DNA from: Glaucostegus cemiculus
Taxonomy: Eukaryota
Reading direction: 5' to 3'
DNA: 64,000 nucleotides
Assembly (NCBI GenBank): GCA_976551045.1
Contig: CDPCPM010000017.1
Location: 7,316,001 to 7,380,000 of the forward strand
Shown: positions 49,258-61,100 of the stretch, one piece after another
How positions within the stretch are numbered: position 1 is the first letter of the stretch
Layout: every line of letters starts with the position of its first letter
Position numbers and translations under genes: made by a program
The notes under the pieces: model-generated
The model's database searches: none
Seen by the model: the letters and a program-made list of their open reading frames with translations, nothing else
What the model was told of the DNA's origin: nothing

Positions 49258-49356
49258 TCTAGGAAGCCCACGAACAGCTTGCAAAATTCGTTGTCTGTGT
49301 GAAGAGTTAAGGATGCCTATCTCCAACAAATCCTGGTCTTCCACAACATTGCTTCC
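49258..49356 (-). CDS. ANKS1B: ANKS1B coding exon (C-terminal part of SAM1): GSNVVEDQDLLEIGILNSSHRQRILQAVRGLPR
   Basis: 99 nt, phase 0-0. Pyrimidine tract plus CAG acceptor (AG at 49358-49357) and AGA|GTGAGT donor. Peptide matches vertebrate ANKS1B SAM1 (GSNVMEDQDLLEIGILNSGHRQRILQA). Confidence 0.97.
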
Positions 49357-51274
49357 CTGGAAAGAAAGAGGGGAGAAAAAGAGAAAAATGAAGTAACTCT
49401 CACTGTTCAATTGTGATTGTACTGGTCTGATCAACAACTACACTGTGGAATTCCACAGTTAACAGCAGGTGAACAGTAACTATCAAATAGCTATGCTGTG
49501 CCATGAAACACTTTTGATGTTCACTTACTTAGATGTCAGTGGAGTGAAGTATAGTAGAATGAAACTATTGTAACCAAAATAAAGGAAGCAGATGTCAAGA
49601 ACCAGTATTTCCTGGACCTTATTGATTCTGTACACAGAAAGGGAGATCCTTTGCCCCTGAACAGTCAGCTCCTCAAGCTTAACAGCTTTGGTCAATAATG
49701 CACAGCATGTCACAACCATCTATCAGCATGACTGGTGTGCCACTCTGGTAGCATGAGTTCCTTTTAGTATGATGCAATCTGAATCCCAGAAGAGCCTTTG
49801 AACATATTTGGCTGATAATACAGAATATAGATGGTGGAGACTTATCTTTTCATTCTACAGAATCATTTCCACATGCTACAAGATATTTTTCAGTTTTTGA
49901 TCAAATATCATTAGTATAATCCTGAATGTTTCAAAGTTGATAAAAATTGGAGATTATGGAATGTAAATTGTATTTTAAAGGTCGAAGACTGAAAGGAAAA
50001 AAAATATAGCACCCATTACAATCTCAGCATGTCCCAAAAACATGAGGCAATGAGTTACTTTGCCATACAGCTGCAACAGCAAATATGCCAACCAATTTGT
50101 GCACAGATTGTTCCACATACAACAATGTAATAAGTGTGATTTTTCCAGTGATGTTGATTGAAGGATAAATATTGTGCACAAAATCCGTAACCCACCATCA
50201 AGTAGTACTACAGGATTTTAGCTTGGGATAATATACAGGGCTTTAGTTTAAGAAGACACAGCTGAAAGTGCAGCATTCTTACAGGACTGCCTTGGCAGTC
50301 TTGTGCTGAAGTCTCTGGACTGGAATGTAGACACACAATCAGAGATGAGAGCGTTACATACAAAGTCACAGCTGACATAGTCCAACAAGATGAATTAAAG
50401 AAACAGTCTATTAATGACAACTGTAACATTATAGCCTAGATGTGAAAGGAAGAGAAGACCTTTCATAATCCAGTATGGTGATTCTTTTAAAATAGAATTA
50501 AACATAAACAATATAAACTTCAGTTTATAGTATTAAAATATTAATTGTCTTCGAGGTTGCACCATATAGTTAGTCGCAAACTGGTAGTGAATTGGATTTC
50601 CAATACAGTCAATAAAAATTAAAATTGGGCAGAGCATGAACTCTGTCAATTCACTGTTAACCACAGTGTTTGGCTGATATTTGGAATTTATCTCTGATTA
50701 GCATTAGAGGCCGGGAAGAATTCTTTCACAATATAAATTATACATACATATCTGCAAAAAGTAAACTGAACATGCACGTTGAAAGCAGCAGATTCAGAAT
50801 GCCAATTGTTCTCTTCCAGTTTCAAACTTATGCAATGTTTTCAGTACATCATTAACACAGAACAAAAACTACTAACACTTTTGTACCACTGATCACATAT
50901 ACCTTATTCTTGTGCTGTAATATTATAATTCCCATTTGTAAAGGAAGTAACACCAATCAATCTTCCAGAATTCATCCAGAAGCACACCAGATAGGATTAA
51001 ATTGCCAGTGGGACTCAGTTGTGTCTTAAAGTAAATGATGATTGAACTTCACAGTACTTCAGCTGTGGATCTTTGATAATTATGAAGTATAGACATAATT
51101 CAGATTCAGCCCTGCCATTAGGATGCACCCTAATACAATACATTAAGTATGCACATGAACTTAAGGGCAACTTGCTGCAAAAGGAGAAGATGGAGGGATC
51201 TGAAAGGGAAGCTCTGTAATCTGAAAGCACGTTTCACAAACTCACTTAACTGAATAGTACCGCAGGAAGCTGTG

Positions 51275-51620
51275 CTTTTTTATTACATTTCAAAAATATT
51301 ACTCTATTCACAAAATTTGTACATACACGATAGAGTACATTTATATGTTGCTGTTCTCACTACAATCCATGTAATTCCATTTCTGTTACATCATTAAACA
51401 ACAATTTCCCATCACATTCTGTATATTAGTTGAGCAAATAGTCTGTGGGTTTCTATTATTTGGCCTTCAACTCCTCAGTCTGCAGTGGCAGCAGGACCTC
51501 AAACCGTAGCCCTTTCTTCTCCAGTGAGCTTTCATGGTAGCTGCACCAAGCTTCAGGGCATCCCTCAAGGTAGAGGCAAGGGGTATCTGCCGCACTGTGT
51601 AGATGCAGCTGTGGACAAAC
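51275..51620 (-). mobile_element. Tx1-clade LINE 3' end (degraded; the relic probably continues to about 52640)
   Basis: Minus-strand peptide LRDALKLGAATMKAHW resembles the C-terminus of vertebrate Tx1-type ORF2, followed by a 3' UTR ending in AATAAAAAA near 51280. Confidence 0.6.
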
Positions 51621-52010
51621 AGCAAGGCCAGGCTCACAGAACACAAAAACATGAAGGTAGCTTTGAATTTCTATGACACAAGATCTTCAAGCTGTAGCTG
51701 AAAGACGTTGCAATCTATATTCCAATGATCCACTGGGTGAGACACTGAGGTTTGGTTCTCCAAACAAGCAGGTACAATTCCTTCTCCTTATGATGGGAGA
51801 TGTGGTAGAATGTGTGAGTGGCTTAGCAATGATTGCTGACTTCTCAACATCCAGGGATCAGTATGTTGCACACACGTTGCCTTGAGAGCATCATTCTCAG
51901 AAACTCAAGGTGTTAATATCTGGGTAATCTGCAACCACAATCAGGGATTCGTTGTCCTCACTATGCCCTTGACTTTCATTCCTTCAGTCTGGTGGATGGC
52001 TGCTAGTGAT

Positions 52011-52285
52011 GGCACAGTAGCATGGCGGTTAGCACAATGCTTTACAGTACCAGCGACCCGGGTTCAAATCCGGCCACTGCCTGTAAGGAGTTCGTACGTT
52101 CTCCTCGTGTCTGTGTGGGTTTCCTCGGGTGCTCTGGTTTCCTCCCAATTTCCAAAGACGTACAAGTTTGGAAATTATGGGCATGCTATGTTGGCGCCAG
52201 AAGCGTAGCGACACTTGTGGGCTACCCCCTCAAAATCACTACGCAAAAGATGTGACTAATAAATTTCTGATCTTACCTGATCTTA
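52011..52285 (+). mobile_element. V-SINE (HE1-like head) with a non-CR1 tail
   Basis: ggcacagtagcatggcggttagc A box, gggttcaaatcc B box, V-domain, tail gatgtgactaataaa..ctgatcttacctgatctt. Confidence 0.9.
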
Positions 52286-52659
52286 TTTTACAAGGTCTAC
52301 CCACTAACAACAATTGTCCTGACACTAGTCCATCATCTTGTACATCTCAGCAGGCACAAAACCAGGAGCATGCTGCCACTCTTAATATCTTCGATCATGT
52401 CGTAAATATTCTGAAGCAGGTCAGCTGTCTGGACAGATCGGGAAGTGCTGTGTAACACTGCCTGAAGATAGCTTTAATGTTTGCAGTGGCTTGTAGCACC
52501 TTCCATAATCGACATGACTGAGATCCGAAGTAGATACTTCCCACCAGTACTCACCAGAGAAAAGAACGTGGAGGCTGAGAGTTAAGAGACAAGTATGCTG
52601 ATATTCTGGAGCACATCTGTATCCAAGGAGAAAGTGCTGGAAATATTGGAGCACATTTG

Positions 52660-53070
52660 GGGTGGAAAAATCTCAAGGGCCAGGCAGTATCTCTCCCAGG
52701 ATGTGAAGCGAAGCAAGGGAGGAGATTGTGGGGACTGTGGTGGAGATTTTTGCATCTTCATTAGCCACATGTGAGGTACCAGAAGACTGGGGGAATAGCT
52801 ATTGTTATCCCCATGCTCAAAATGGGCAGTTGCAATAAGCCAGGCCAGTGAGGGACATGATTTATGTTCACTTGCAAAGGCAGGGACTGATTAGGAGGAA
52901 TCTGTAACAAGTGGTGCACCTCAGTGATCAGTGCTGGGACCTTTGTTGTTTGTAATATATATATAAATTACTTGGATGAAAACATAGGGGGTATGATTAG
53001 TAAATTTGGAGATGGCACAAAAATTGGTGGAATTGTAGATAACAAAGAAGGTCCTTCGTATATACAGCAG
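52660..53070 (+). mobile_element. CR1 reverse-transcriptase fragments (internally deleted)
   Basis: Decayed KSPGPD..PR.L.EAREEI..EIFASSLAT.EVPEDW, then VTSG.PQ.SVLGPLLFVIYIN.LDENIGGMISKF(G)D(G)TKIGGIVD, with the catalytic FADD mutated. Confidence 0.9.
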
Positions 53071-54924
53071 GGCATTGATCCTGCTGTGCTATTTAAAAAG
53101 AAGCCATGGAAATTTCCTGGTTTGGGGCTGGGGTTAATTTTTCAACCAATGCCATTAAAAACAATTTGACTAGTCATTTGCCCTACATTTTATGAGCTAG
53201 TCTTATATGCAAACTTACTCCTGTATATCCTGATAAGCAGTGAGATCAACCAAAATATTGAATTGACCACAATGTCATTTGGTAAAAAGTGGTTGAAATC
53301 TGGAATGTATTTCTTCTTGGTGTTTTTATTCCCATATTCCCAAACAAAATTGGGAGGCACACAACTGAATTGACGTGAGATACCATTGTCAGGTGTTGTT
53401 CTGTGCATGTTCCCTTTATACTTTGATCTCTTAGATCCAATGAGTCCAACAATAAATGTTAAAATCCCTAATATTTTTGCAATATTTGGAGCAATGCAAT
53501 TTGAAAGCAAGACTCTTATTTGTTGCACCTCAAAATGTTTCAATATCTGTAGAACTTGTTTGGGAAAATGTTTTGTTTTGTTTAATGCATTTTCTAATAG
53601 TTTTTCTTCACCACAGTCAATCACTAAATATTCACTGGTTGGATTGTTCCCAAACCTGGACATGATTGAATAGACTGATACTACAAAAGATAGAATAAAT
53701 AGCATTCTCTTAAGAAAATATTGAGATAAAACAGATGAAATCAGAGCTCACATGGTATAGTCACATCAATCAACAGTAAAAAGAAACACTGATTGGATCT
53801 ATACTCCTCAGATACAATTAGAACAGACTGTTGATTGGCAACCATTCAATAAACACCAAGAGTATTGATAGAGTCTGTCTTAGTTCCTAGAAACTCTCGA
53901 TCTTTATTACTTTACATATACCATTATACTATAGACAAACATAAGTCGATTTGGCACTAATCACATTAATGACGAGATATATTTTAACACACTGGACTTA
54001 AGGCACTTTCATGATTATTATAATGCCACTATCTCTCTCCTATGGGCCAAAGCCAAATCAAGATGAAGGAATGCTAAGGCAGCATTTTTCGCTGTAGACT
54101 GCATCTGTCCTTCACAGCTGAGTTCAAAAACATCAGGTTGTTTATTCCAGAAAGCAGTTTCCATCCTTTAAGGATCAGCCCCCATTGTAAGGGCCCTTTC
54201 TGCAGAACTCCAATGGGAAAAATCACACAACTCCTTCTCTTACGAAAGCCTGGTATACCTGGGGACTTCCTGGTAGCATTAAGCCACCTATATTCCTTGT
54301 CACACTAAGTCTACACTTGCCCCATGCAGATCCCCTGGTCAGGATGCAGAAGCCATCCTAATTCTTCTTGGTTCAGCCCAATTTAGCTCAATGCCATCCA
54401 TGCACAAGCTCCATCATATCACTAAACCAGTAATCTTGAAGCTTAGCTGGCTGTCAAAATTTTCAAAAATATTATCTTTTGAATGTCTGTGACATTCCAA
54501 GATGTTCAAAAACTATCAACAAGATCATCACACAATTAAAAAACATACTTAAAAATAATTTAAAATATTTACACAATCAATTCAAAAAATAAAAATCACG
54601 TAACATTTGGATTCCTCTCAGCTGTTCCTCTTCATTGAAGTGAGTGGAATTGTTCCCACTCAGGCCTAATTCGCCACAAATTTAATGGGTGGATTCCCCA
54701 ACAATAAAGCTGGAGAAATGCCAGAGGCCCATACTCAGTCTTGGTAACCAACAGTAGATCTGAGTGAGCAAAATCTATTGAATGCCTGCCAACAGGCTCT
54801 AATGTGTCATGGAGTCAAATATAAAATATAATCAAAGTTACTTATATGATGAAAACTGAAAAATAGCAAGATTATCCTCTTTTTATATTAAAAATGGGGT
54901 TCCAATATTTAAAGAAATATTTTC

Positions 54925-56140
54925 CCCTATCCTATTTCCATATCTCCTTCTACCTGTACTTTCTCCGGAGAGATCAACCGTGATTAACAATTCACCAGCC
55001 CCTCTCAACCCTGCTGCCATTTATGCCACTGAGACTGTTGGTCTTTGCCCCATCTTAGACATTCTTTTTCTTTTTCAATCTTTTTTACTGATAACAAATC
55101 ATTACAGGTTAAGATATATAACAACAATGTTTACACATGTATTATAGAAATATCAAGTAAATCGTAGGTAATCATAAAAAAAAGCAATAAAGTATGATAT
55201 AGATAAAAGAAATAGTTCCAACAATCTCTTGGTTCGTAAGTGTAATGTAAAAGATAGAAAAGAAAAAAGATTTGTTATATAATTAGAAAAAAAACAAAAA
55301 AAACCCAAATCAATTTAAAAAAAATCATAATAATATAGAGTAAATTAAACCGAAAATGAATTAAAAAAAAGAAAAAAAAAACAACACAAGGAAAAAAAAC
55401 TGGGCTAAAATTTTCAATAGAAATAGAACAATATAATGTCGTCAGCTCCGTTTCTCTAAATTAAAAAAAAGTTATAGAAGGGGAAACTACATCATATGAA
55501 AGTATTGAATAAATGGACTCCAAATCTCTTCAAATTTAAGCGAAGAATCAACAGTACCACTCCTATTTTTTTTCCAAATTAAGACATGATATAGTTTGAG
55601 AGAACCATTGAAAGGTGGTAGGGGGTATTGGATCCTTCCATTTAAGCAGAATGGCTCGTTTGGCCATCAATGTAACAAAAGCAATCATACGATTAGCAGA
55701 AGCAGGTAAATGGCCAGACTTTATCCATGGTAATCCAAAAATTGCAGTAATAGGGTGAGGTTGTAAATCGATCTTCAATACATCTGAAATAATATTAAAA
55801 ATGTCTTTCCAATATTTTTCCAAATAAGGACAAGACCAGAACATATGCGACAAAGAAGCCACGTTCGATTTACATCTGTCACATATAGGGTTTATACGAT
55901 CATAAAAACGAGCTAGCTTATCTTTGGACATATAGGCCCTGTGCACAACTTTAAACTGTATCAATGAGTGTCTGGCACTTAGACATTCTCTTTGTTTTGC
56001 CCATGCTCCCTTTCTCTGTAACTGAAAACATAGTTGATTTCCAACTTTTCCCAGTTCTGACAAAGAACATCAAGCTGAAACGTTAACTGTGCCAAATGCT
56101 GTCTGACCTGCCAAGCACTTCCAACATTCTCTATTTTAAT
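54925..56140 (+). mobile_element. Penelope-derived element split by the L1 insertion; carries a hammerhead relic at 56052-56089
   Basis: Pyrimidine-rich body continues across the duplicated target and ends in cagttctgacaaag..gaaacgttaactg..aatgctgtctgacctgcc. Confidence 0.6.
55066..55977 (-). mobile_element. 5'-truncated fish-type L1 (ORF2 C-terminal CCHC zinc knuckle, 3' UTR, A-rich tail)
   Basis: ARHSLIQFKVVHR..CDRC....ASLSHMFWSC; frameshift in an A-run at about 55566-55573, then SGTVDSSLKFEEIWSPFIQYFHMM-stop (55487-55489). Target-site duplication CTTAGACATTCT at 55054-55065 and 55978-55989. Confidence 0.92.
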
Positions 56141-56467
56141 GATCTTGTCCCACAGATTGGATCATTATCCATGTGTTTGATTGCAGAAATATGGCACATT
56201 TAACAATCTATGTGATCATCAGAAGAAATAATAGTATGGTTTTACTTTAAATGTCAACATGCTTATGTTGATGCAACAAAATAATAATTTGCTGGCTTTA
56301 GTGGACTGCTCTCTATAACTTTATATGCAAGCAAGCAGAAAATTGCAATGTCGACTAAGAGGTTTAATTTCCAAATTAAGAGAGTGAATTCCAAAATTAG
56401 ATTTAGCTTGATGAGATCACAACTGAAGTCCTAAGTATAATTCTGGACCCATCATTTTTAAAAATTG

Positions 56468-56660
56468 TAGAATAAAAATAGAAAATGCTGGAAACAGTCA
56501 AGAGGTCAAGCAGTATTGACAGAAAGAGAAACAGGGCTAACATTTCAGGTCAAAGACCCTTTGTCAAATGTGGACAAGAAAGAAAACAAGTTAGTTTTAA
56601 GTTGCAGAGATGGTGGAGGAGGGGGAGCGATAGGTCAAAGGCAATACCTTTGATAGGATG
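56468..56660 (-). mobile_element. Penelope-derived element, inverted relative to the 54925-56140 copy
   Basis: aaaatgctggaaacagtcaagaggtcaagcagtat..; minus strand TTGACAAAGGGTCTTTGACCTGAAATGTTAGC hammerhead relic. Confidence 0.65.
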
Positions 56661-57015
56661 AGTCCAAGGTTGCCATGGGGATAAATAAATTAATAGAGGT
56701 ATTTATAGGATTACAATATAAACAATGAAGTGTACTACATTGCAAATAACTGGGCTGGAGGACATGCTCAACAGGTCAGTTTGTGTTAATATAGTGAGAT
56801 TAATCTGAACCCACTATCAGATGTGGATAAGTTACAAGAGAAATGGCCAGTTCTTACAAAGTGAGTTACCTGAAGATCAAAATCAAACTGCAGATGCTGG
56901 GGACCTGAAATATGTCACCTTAAGTTATTGAAGGCAGTGGAAAAGGAATACCAGATAAAAACATCAGAAGTTAACCATGCAGGTATTTCTCTCTTCAAAA
57001 CTGAGGGGTGTTTTG

Positions 57016-57640
57016 ATCCAAGATTGCTTTATTGTCATTGAGCCGTTGAGACAACAGAACAACGAGATTTCATTGGGGCTCCCATGTCAGACAATAGGCA
57101 CAGTACTTAAATATTAAATAAATAGAGAATAAATTAAGTTAGAGTTTACACTGTAGGGTTTACTTGATGTATTGGAGGGAGAGAGAGAAGAAGCGAGAAA
57201 GAACTAGTGCAATCTGTGAAATTTAAAGTCCTTGTTTAAGATTTTCACGGCGTTGGGGAAGAAGCTATTCCTCAATATGGCCGTGGATGTGTGGAATGTC
57301 CTGAAGCATTTCTTTGAGGGGAGCAGACTGAAGAGGTGATGGGCCGGGTGGGAAGAGTCCTTAATGATGTTTGTAGCCTTGTTCAGACACCGGGACTCAT
57401 AAATGTCCGCCAATGCGGGTAGGCGCACCCCTGTGATCTTCCGTGCCGTGTCAATCACCCGCTGTAGGCCTTTCCTCTCTTTGTTGGTACAGCTGGCATA
57501 CCAGGCAGTGATGCCGTATGTCAGGATGCTCTCTATCGCACACCTATAGAAATTGACCAGGATACCTGTTGACAAGTTTGCACTCTTCAGCTGCCGTGGG
57601 AAGTACAGACGCTGTTGCGCCTTCCTGATGCTTAATGTAG
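57016..57640 (-). mobile_element. Rex1/Babar-type LINE 3' fragment (second subfamily)
   Basis: IRKAQQRLYF..LK..LST.ILVNFYRCAIESILTYGITAWY..DSSHPAHHLFSLLPS..RNSFFPNAVKILN; tail GACAATAAAGCAATCTTG. Confidence 0.9.
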
Positions 57641-57752
57641 AGTGAGTTCCCCAGGAATGTTACTAAGATTATGAGGATTTCTGAAGAAGTGGAATTGAGC
57701 AAGTTTTTTCTGTTATAGCTAAAATACAAGAATCAGATATGGAGTATTGAAT

Positions 57753-58050
57753 GAGCATAGCAGTTAGCATAATGCTATTACAGCGCCAGCAACCTGGGTT
57801 CAATTCCCTCTGCTGCCTGTAAGGAGTTTGTACGTTCTCCCTGCGTCCATGTGGGTTTCCTCTGGGTGCTCCGGTTTCTTCCCACATTCCAAAGACGTAC
57901 GGGTTAAGAGTTGTGGGCATGCTCTGTTGGCACCAGAAGAGTGGCGGCACTTGCGGGCTGCCCCATCACGTTCTTAGCAACGCAAAAATATGTATTTCAC
58001 TGTGTGTTTCGATGTACATGTGACTAATAAATAAATATCTATCTATCTTA
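57753..58050 (+). mobile_element. V-SINE (HE1-like head) with a non-CR1 tail
   Basis: agcagttagcataatgctattacagcgccagc, gggttcaattcc B box, V-domain, tail atttcactgtgtgtttcgatgtacatgtgactaataaa(tatc)n. Confidence 0.9.
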
Positions 58051-58099
58051 AAAGGAGTAGCTTTCAACAAGATGGAATATAAAAGGTCTTTTCACGTGG

Positions 58100-58560
58100 A
58101 ATCTTGAGGGCTTAGAGGGAGTCCATTCAGCCCATTGAGCCTATGACAGCCCCTCAAACAGCAATTCCATCAGTCCCATTCATTTCTTTCCTCATCGCTC
58201 TGCAAATTATTTTCCCTCATATCCTATGCATTTTTCTTCAGATTAACTAAATTTCTTCCACTTTGACAAACAGAGAATTCCAGATATAACTACTTTCACC
58301 ATAAAATATTTGTTCTTCTCATCTCACTTTAATCTTTTGCCCTCAACAATAAATCTGTACTCTAAAACAGCCAGGCATGGAAGAAACTTTTCTCAATTTA
58401 CCCCCCAACCTTGTACAGCACTCTCAAATCTTCTCTCAATCTTCTTTGCTCCATGAAAAATAAGCTCAGTTTCTTCAGTCTAACTTTGCATACGAAGTCC
58501 TTTGGCCTTGGAACCATTCTAGTAAATGTTTTCTGCACCTTCTCAAGAGCTTTTACCTAT
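58100..58560 (-). mobile_element. Degraded CR1 3' fragment
   Basis: ccattcagcccattgagcct..agagaattccagat..ccttggaaccattctagtaaatgttttctgcaccttctc. Confidence 0.7.
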
Positions 58561-59169
58561 TATGATTCAGAATTGCCAACAGCATCTTTTGTGGGAAGTT
58601 TGATGAGTAAGTCAGATGGACTTAATGTTTTAAACTTTTTCAGTTGCTAAGAATGAAATGACTATATTTTAAATACATGCATCAAATGGACTTAAAAATA
58701 AAACAAAATAAGCCTGATGACTGAAAAGTTTTTCAGTAAGTTTGAAGACACTCCAATAAAATGTCTTCAATGTTTATGCTTTTCATTGAATATATGCACT
58801 AAATAGTTAGCTCACAAAACGTGGTGATTAGTCCTTTATCTCAGTTGACAGTTTATCAGTGAGGAGTCAATTTTACAGATGCATGGCTTAAAAAACTGTA
58901 GACTTAGTTGTTTTTTTTTAGTCACGCATTCAAAAGAGTGCTGAGGAATTAATTATTTTAAACCTGAGAAAAATCCATTAAGAGCCCATTAAATTTAAAA
59001 TGTCAAATTTCTGGCTTGAAGATACGTGAAGGTGGACAGAGATAATCTCTGGTTTAATTGTTCCTGAGACTAAAAATGTCATGTGAAGGGAAATGCAGGT
59101 GTTTCAGCATTCCATCTGAAGATGCTAGAGGTTTATAATGAGTGGATTATTTATTTATACATTCATTTC

Positions 59170-61100
59170 TTGGGATGTAGGTCTCACAGTCAAGGCCAGC
59201 ATTTCTTGCTCATCCCTAATTGTCCTTGGGAAGGTAGTGGTGAAATGCTGCAGTCATTCCAGTGAATGTACTTTCACAATACTGTTGGATTGGGGTTTCC
59301 AGGATTTAGATACCGTGACGATGAAGGACCTGTGATGTATTTTTAAATCAGGATAGTATGTGACATGGAGGGGTACCTGCAGTTGGTGGTGTACTCTGAA
59401 ACCTGTCCTTCTTGGTAGTAGAGGTCACGAATTTGGGAGATGCTGTCGGAGTTAACCAGGCAAATAACTGTAGATGGTACATATTGCAGCTACTGTGTGC
59501 CAGTGGTCAAAGGAATGAGTGCTCAGACTATTTGATGGAGTACCATTCAAGTGGGATGTTGGAGATTGTAGAAGATTGTCACTTATGTAGTATGAATGTT
59601 TGTTGCCACTATCTGTCAATGGCCAGCATGTTGTCTTGGTTTTGCTACATGTAGGCATAGTCTGGTTCAATTGTTGAGGACTTGCAAGTGGAATTGAACC
59701 ATGTACAATCATCCCACTTCTGACATGATGGGAGGCAAGTTACTGATGAAGCAGCTGCATATGAATGGATCTGGGGACAGTGAGGAGCTCTGACTGACCT
59801 CCACCAACTTCTTCCTTCGTGCAACATATGACTTCAACCACTGGAGCATTGTCCCCTTTATGACCACTGACTTCAGATTTGACAGAGCTCATTGATAATA
59901 CACTCAGTCAAATTCAGCCTTGCTCAAGGCCAGTCACTCTCGTCTTACCCCTGGAATTCAGCTCTTTGGTCCATGTTTGGACCAGGACTTTGATGAGATC
60001 TGGAGACAAATAACCCAAGTGAAACTCAAGCTGGGCATCACTGTACAGGTTATTGATGAATAAGTGCTCCTTCACAGCACTGTTGATAACACCTTCCATC
60101 ACTTGGATAATGATTGAAGGTGGACTTATAGAGAGGTAGTTAGCTGAACTGGATTTGTCCTGCTTCTTGTGAGCAATCGACACAAGCAACTTTCCACATT
60201 GTCAGATGGTACCAGTGTTGCAACTACTAAAGATCTGCTAGTTCTGGGCAGCAGGTCTTCAATTCTACAGCTGGAATGCTGTCTGTTCTTATAGCCTTTG
60301 TGTTTCTTGATATCAGATGAATGAATTGAGTTGATTGAACACTGGTTTCCTCAACTGTTTGGCTTCACCCTAGTCTTTAGCACTCACGTGCTGGTTTTGC
60401 CATCAATGAGGAGCGGGATGTTTCGAAACCTCTTCCTCTTCCCATTAACTGTTTATTCATCCACTGCTAATAACCTGATATGGTAGGACAATAGAGCTTT
60501 AATCTGATCCATTAGTTATGGGACTGTTTGGCTCTGTCCTTTGCATGTCATTTTTACTGTTTAGCATGGATGTAATCCTGTACTGCAGCTTTACTAACCT
60601 AGCAACACAAAAGACTGCAAATGTTGGAATCTGGAGCAACAAAGAATCTGCTAGAGGACAATACCTTCCTCTCAACAGATACTGCCTGACCCACTGAGTT
60701 CCACCAGAAGATTATTTGATGCTTCACTAACCTAGGATTATTTTTAGGTATGCCTGATGTGGTTCCCAGCATCTCCTCTGCACTGCTCATTGAAACAGTG
60801 TTGAATCCTTGGTATGACAGTGAGGGTTATGATGGGCCACAAGGATACAGATTGCATTGATGTAAATTTCTGCTGCTGCTGCTGATGGCCCACAGTTTCT
60901 CACTGGTAGCCAGTTTTGAGCTGGCAGATCTACTCTGAGTTTGTTCTATTTGCACAATTACAGTGCCATACAACACAACGGAAGGTGTCCTCGGTATGAA
61001 GGTGAGATTTTGTGTGGTGTCACTCCTACTCACATTATTGTTGGTTGAAAAGCCAGTGATTACATGTGTAATTACAGCACTTACTAACTTTTCTACATGG
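59170..61100 (-). mobile_element. Long degraded non-LTR retrotransposon (CR1/Jockey-group RT), with a Penelope-derived insertion at about 60600-60715
   Basis: ORF 59914-60189 (KKQDKS..ANY..IS..SII..VMEGVINSAVKEHL..NNL.SDAQ..F..G..SPDLI..LVQTWTKELNSRG) is RT subdomain 1-3-like. Confidence 0.8.

Noticed and set aside
52011-52085. tRNA-like A/B boxes (also near 43070-43143 and 57753-57810)
   Set aside because: These are SINE heads followed by the V-domain; no complete cloverleaf, so not tRNA genes.
53190-53705. Longest ORF in the track (171 aa, minus strand)
   Set aside because: No recognisable domain, no similarity to ANKS1B, no convincing splice sites, and AT-rich intronic composition. Treated as a chance ORF.
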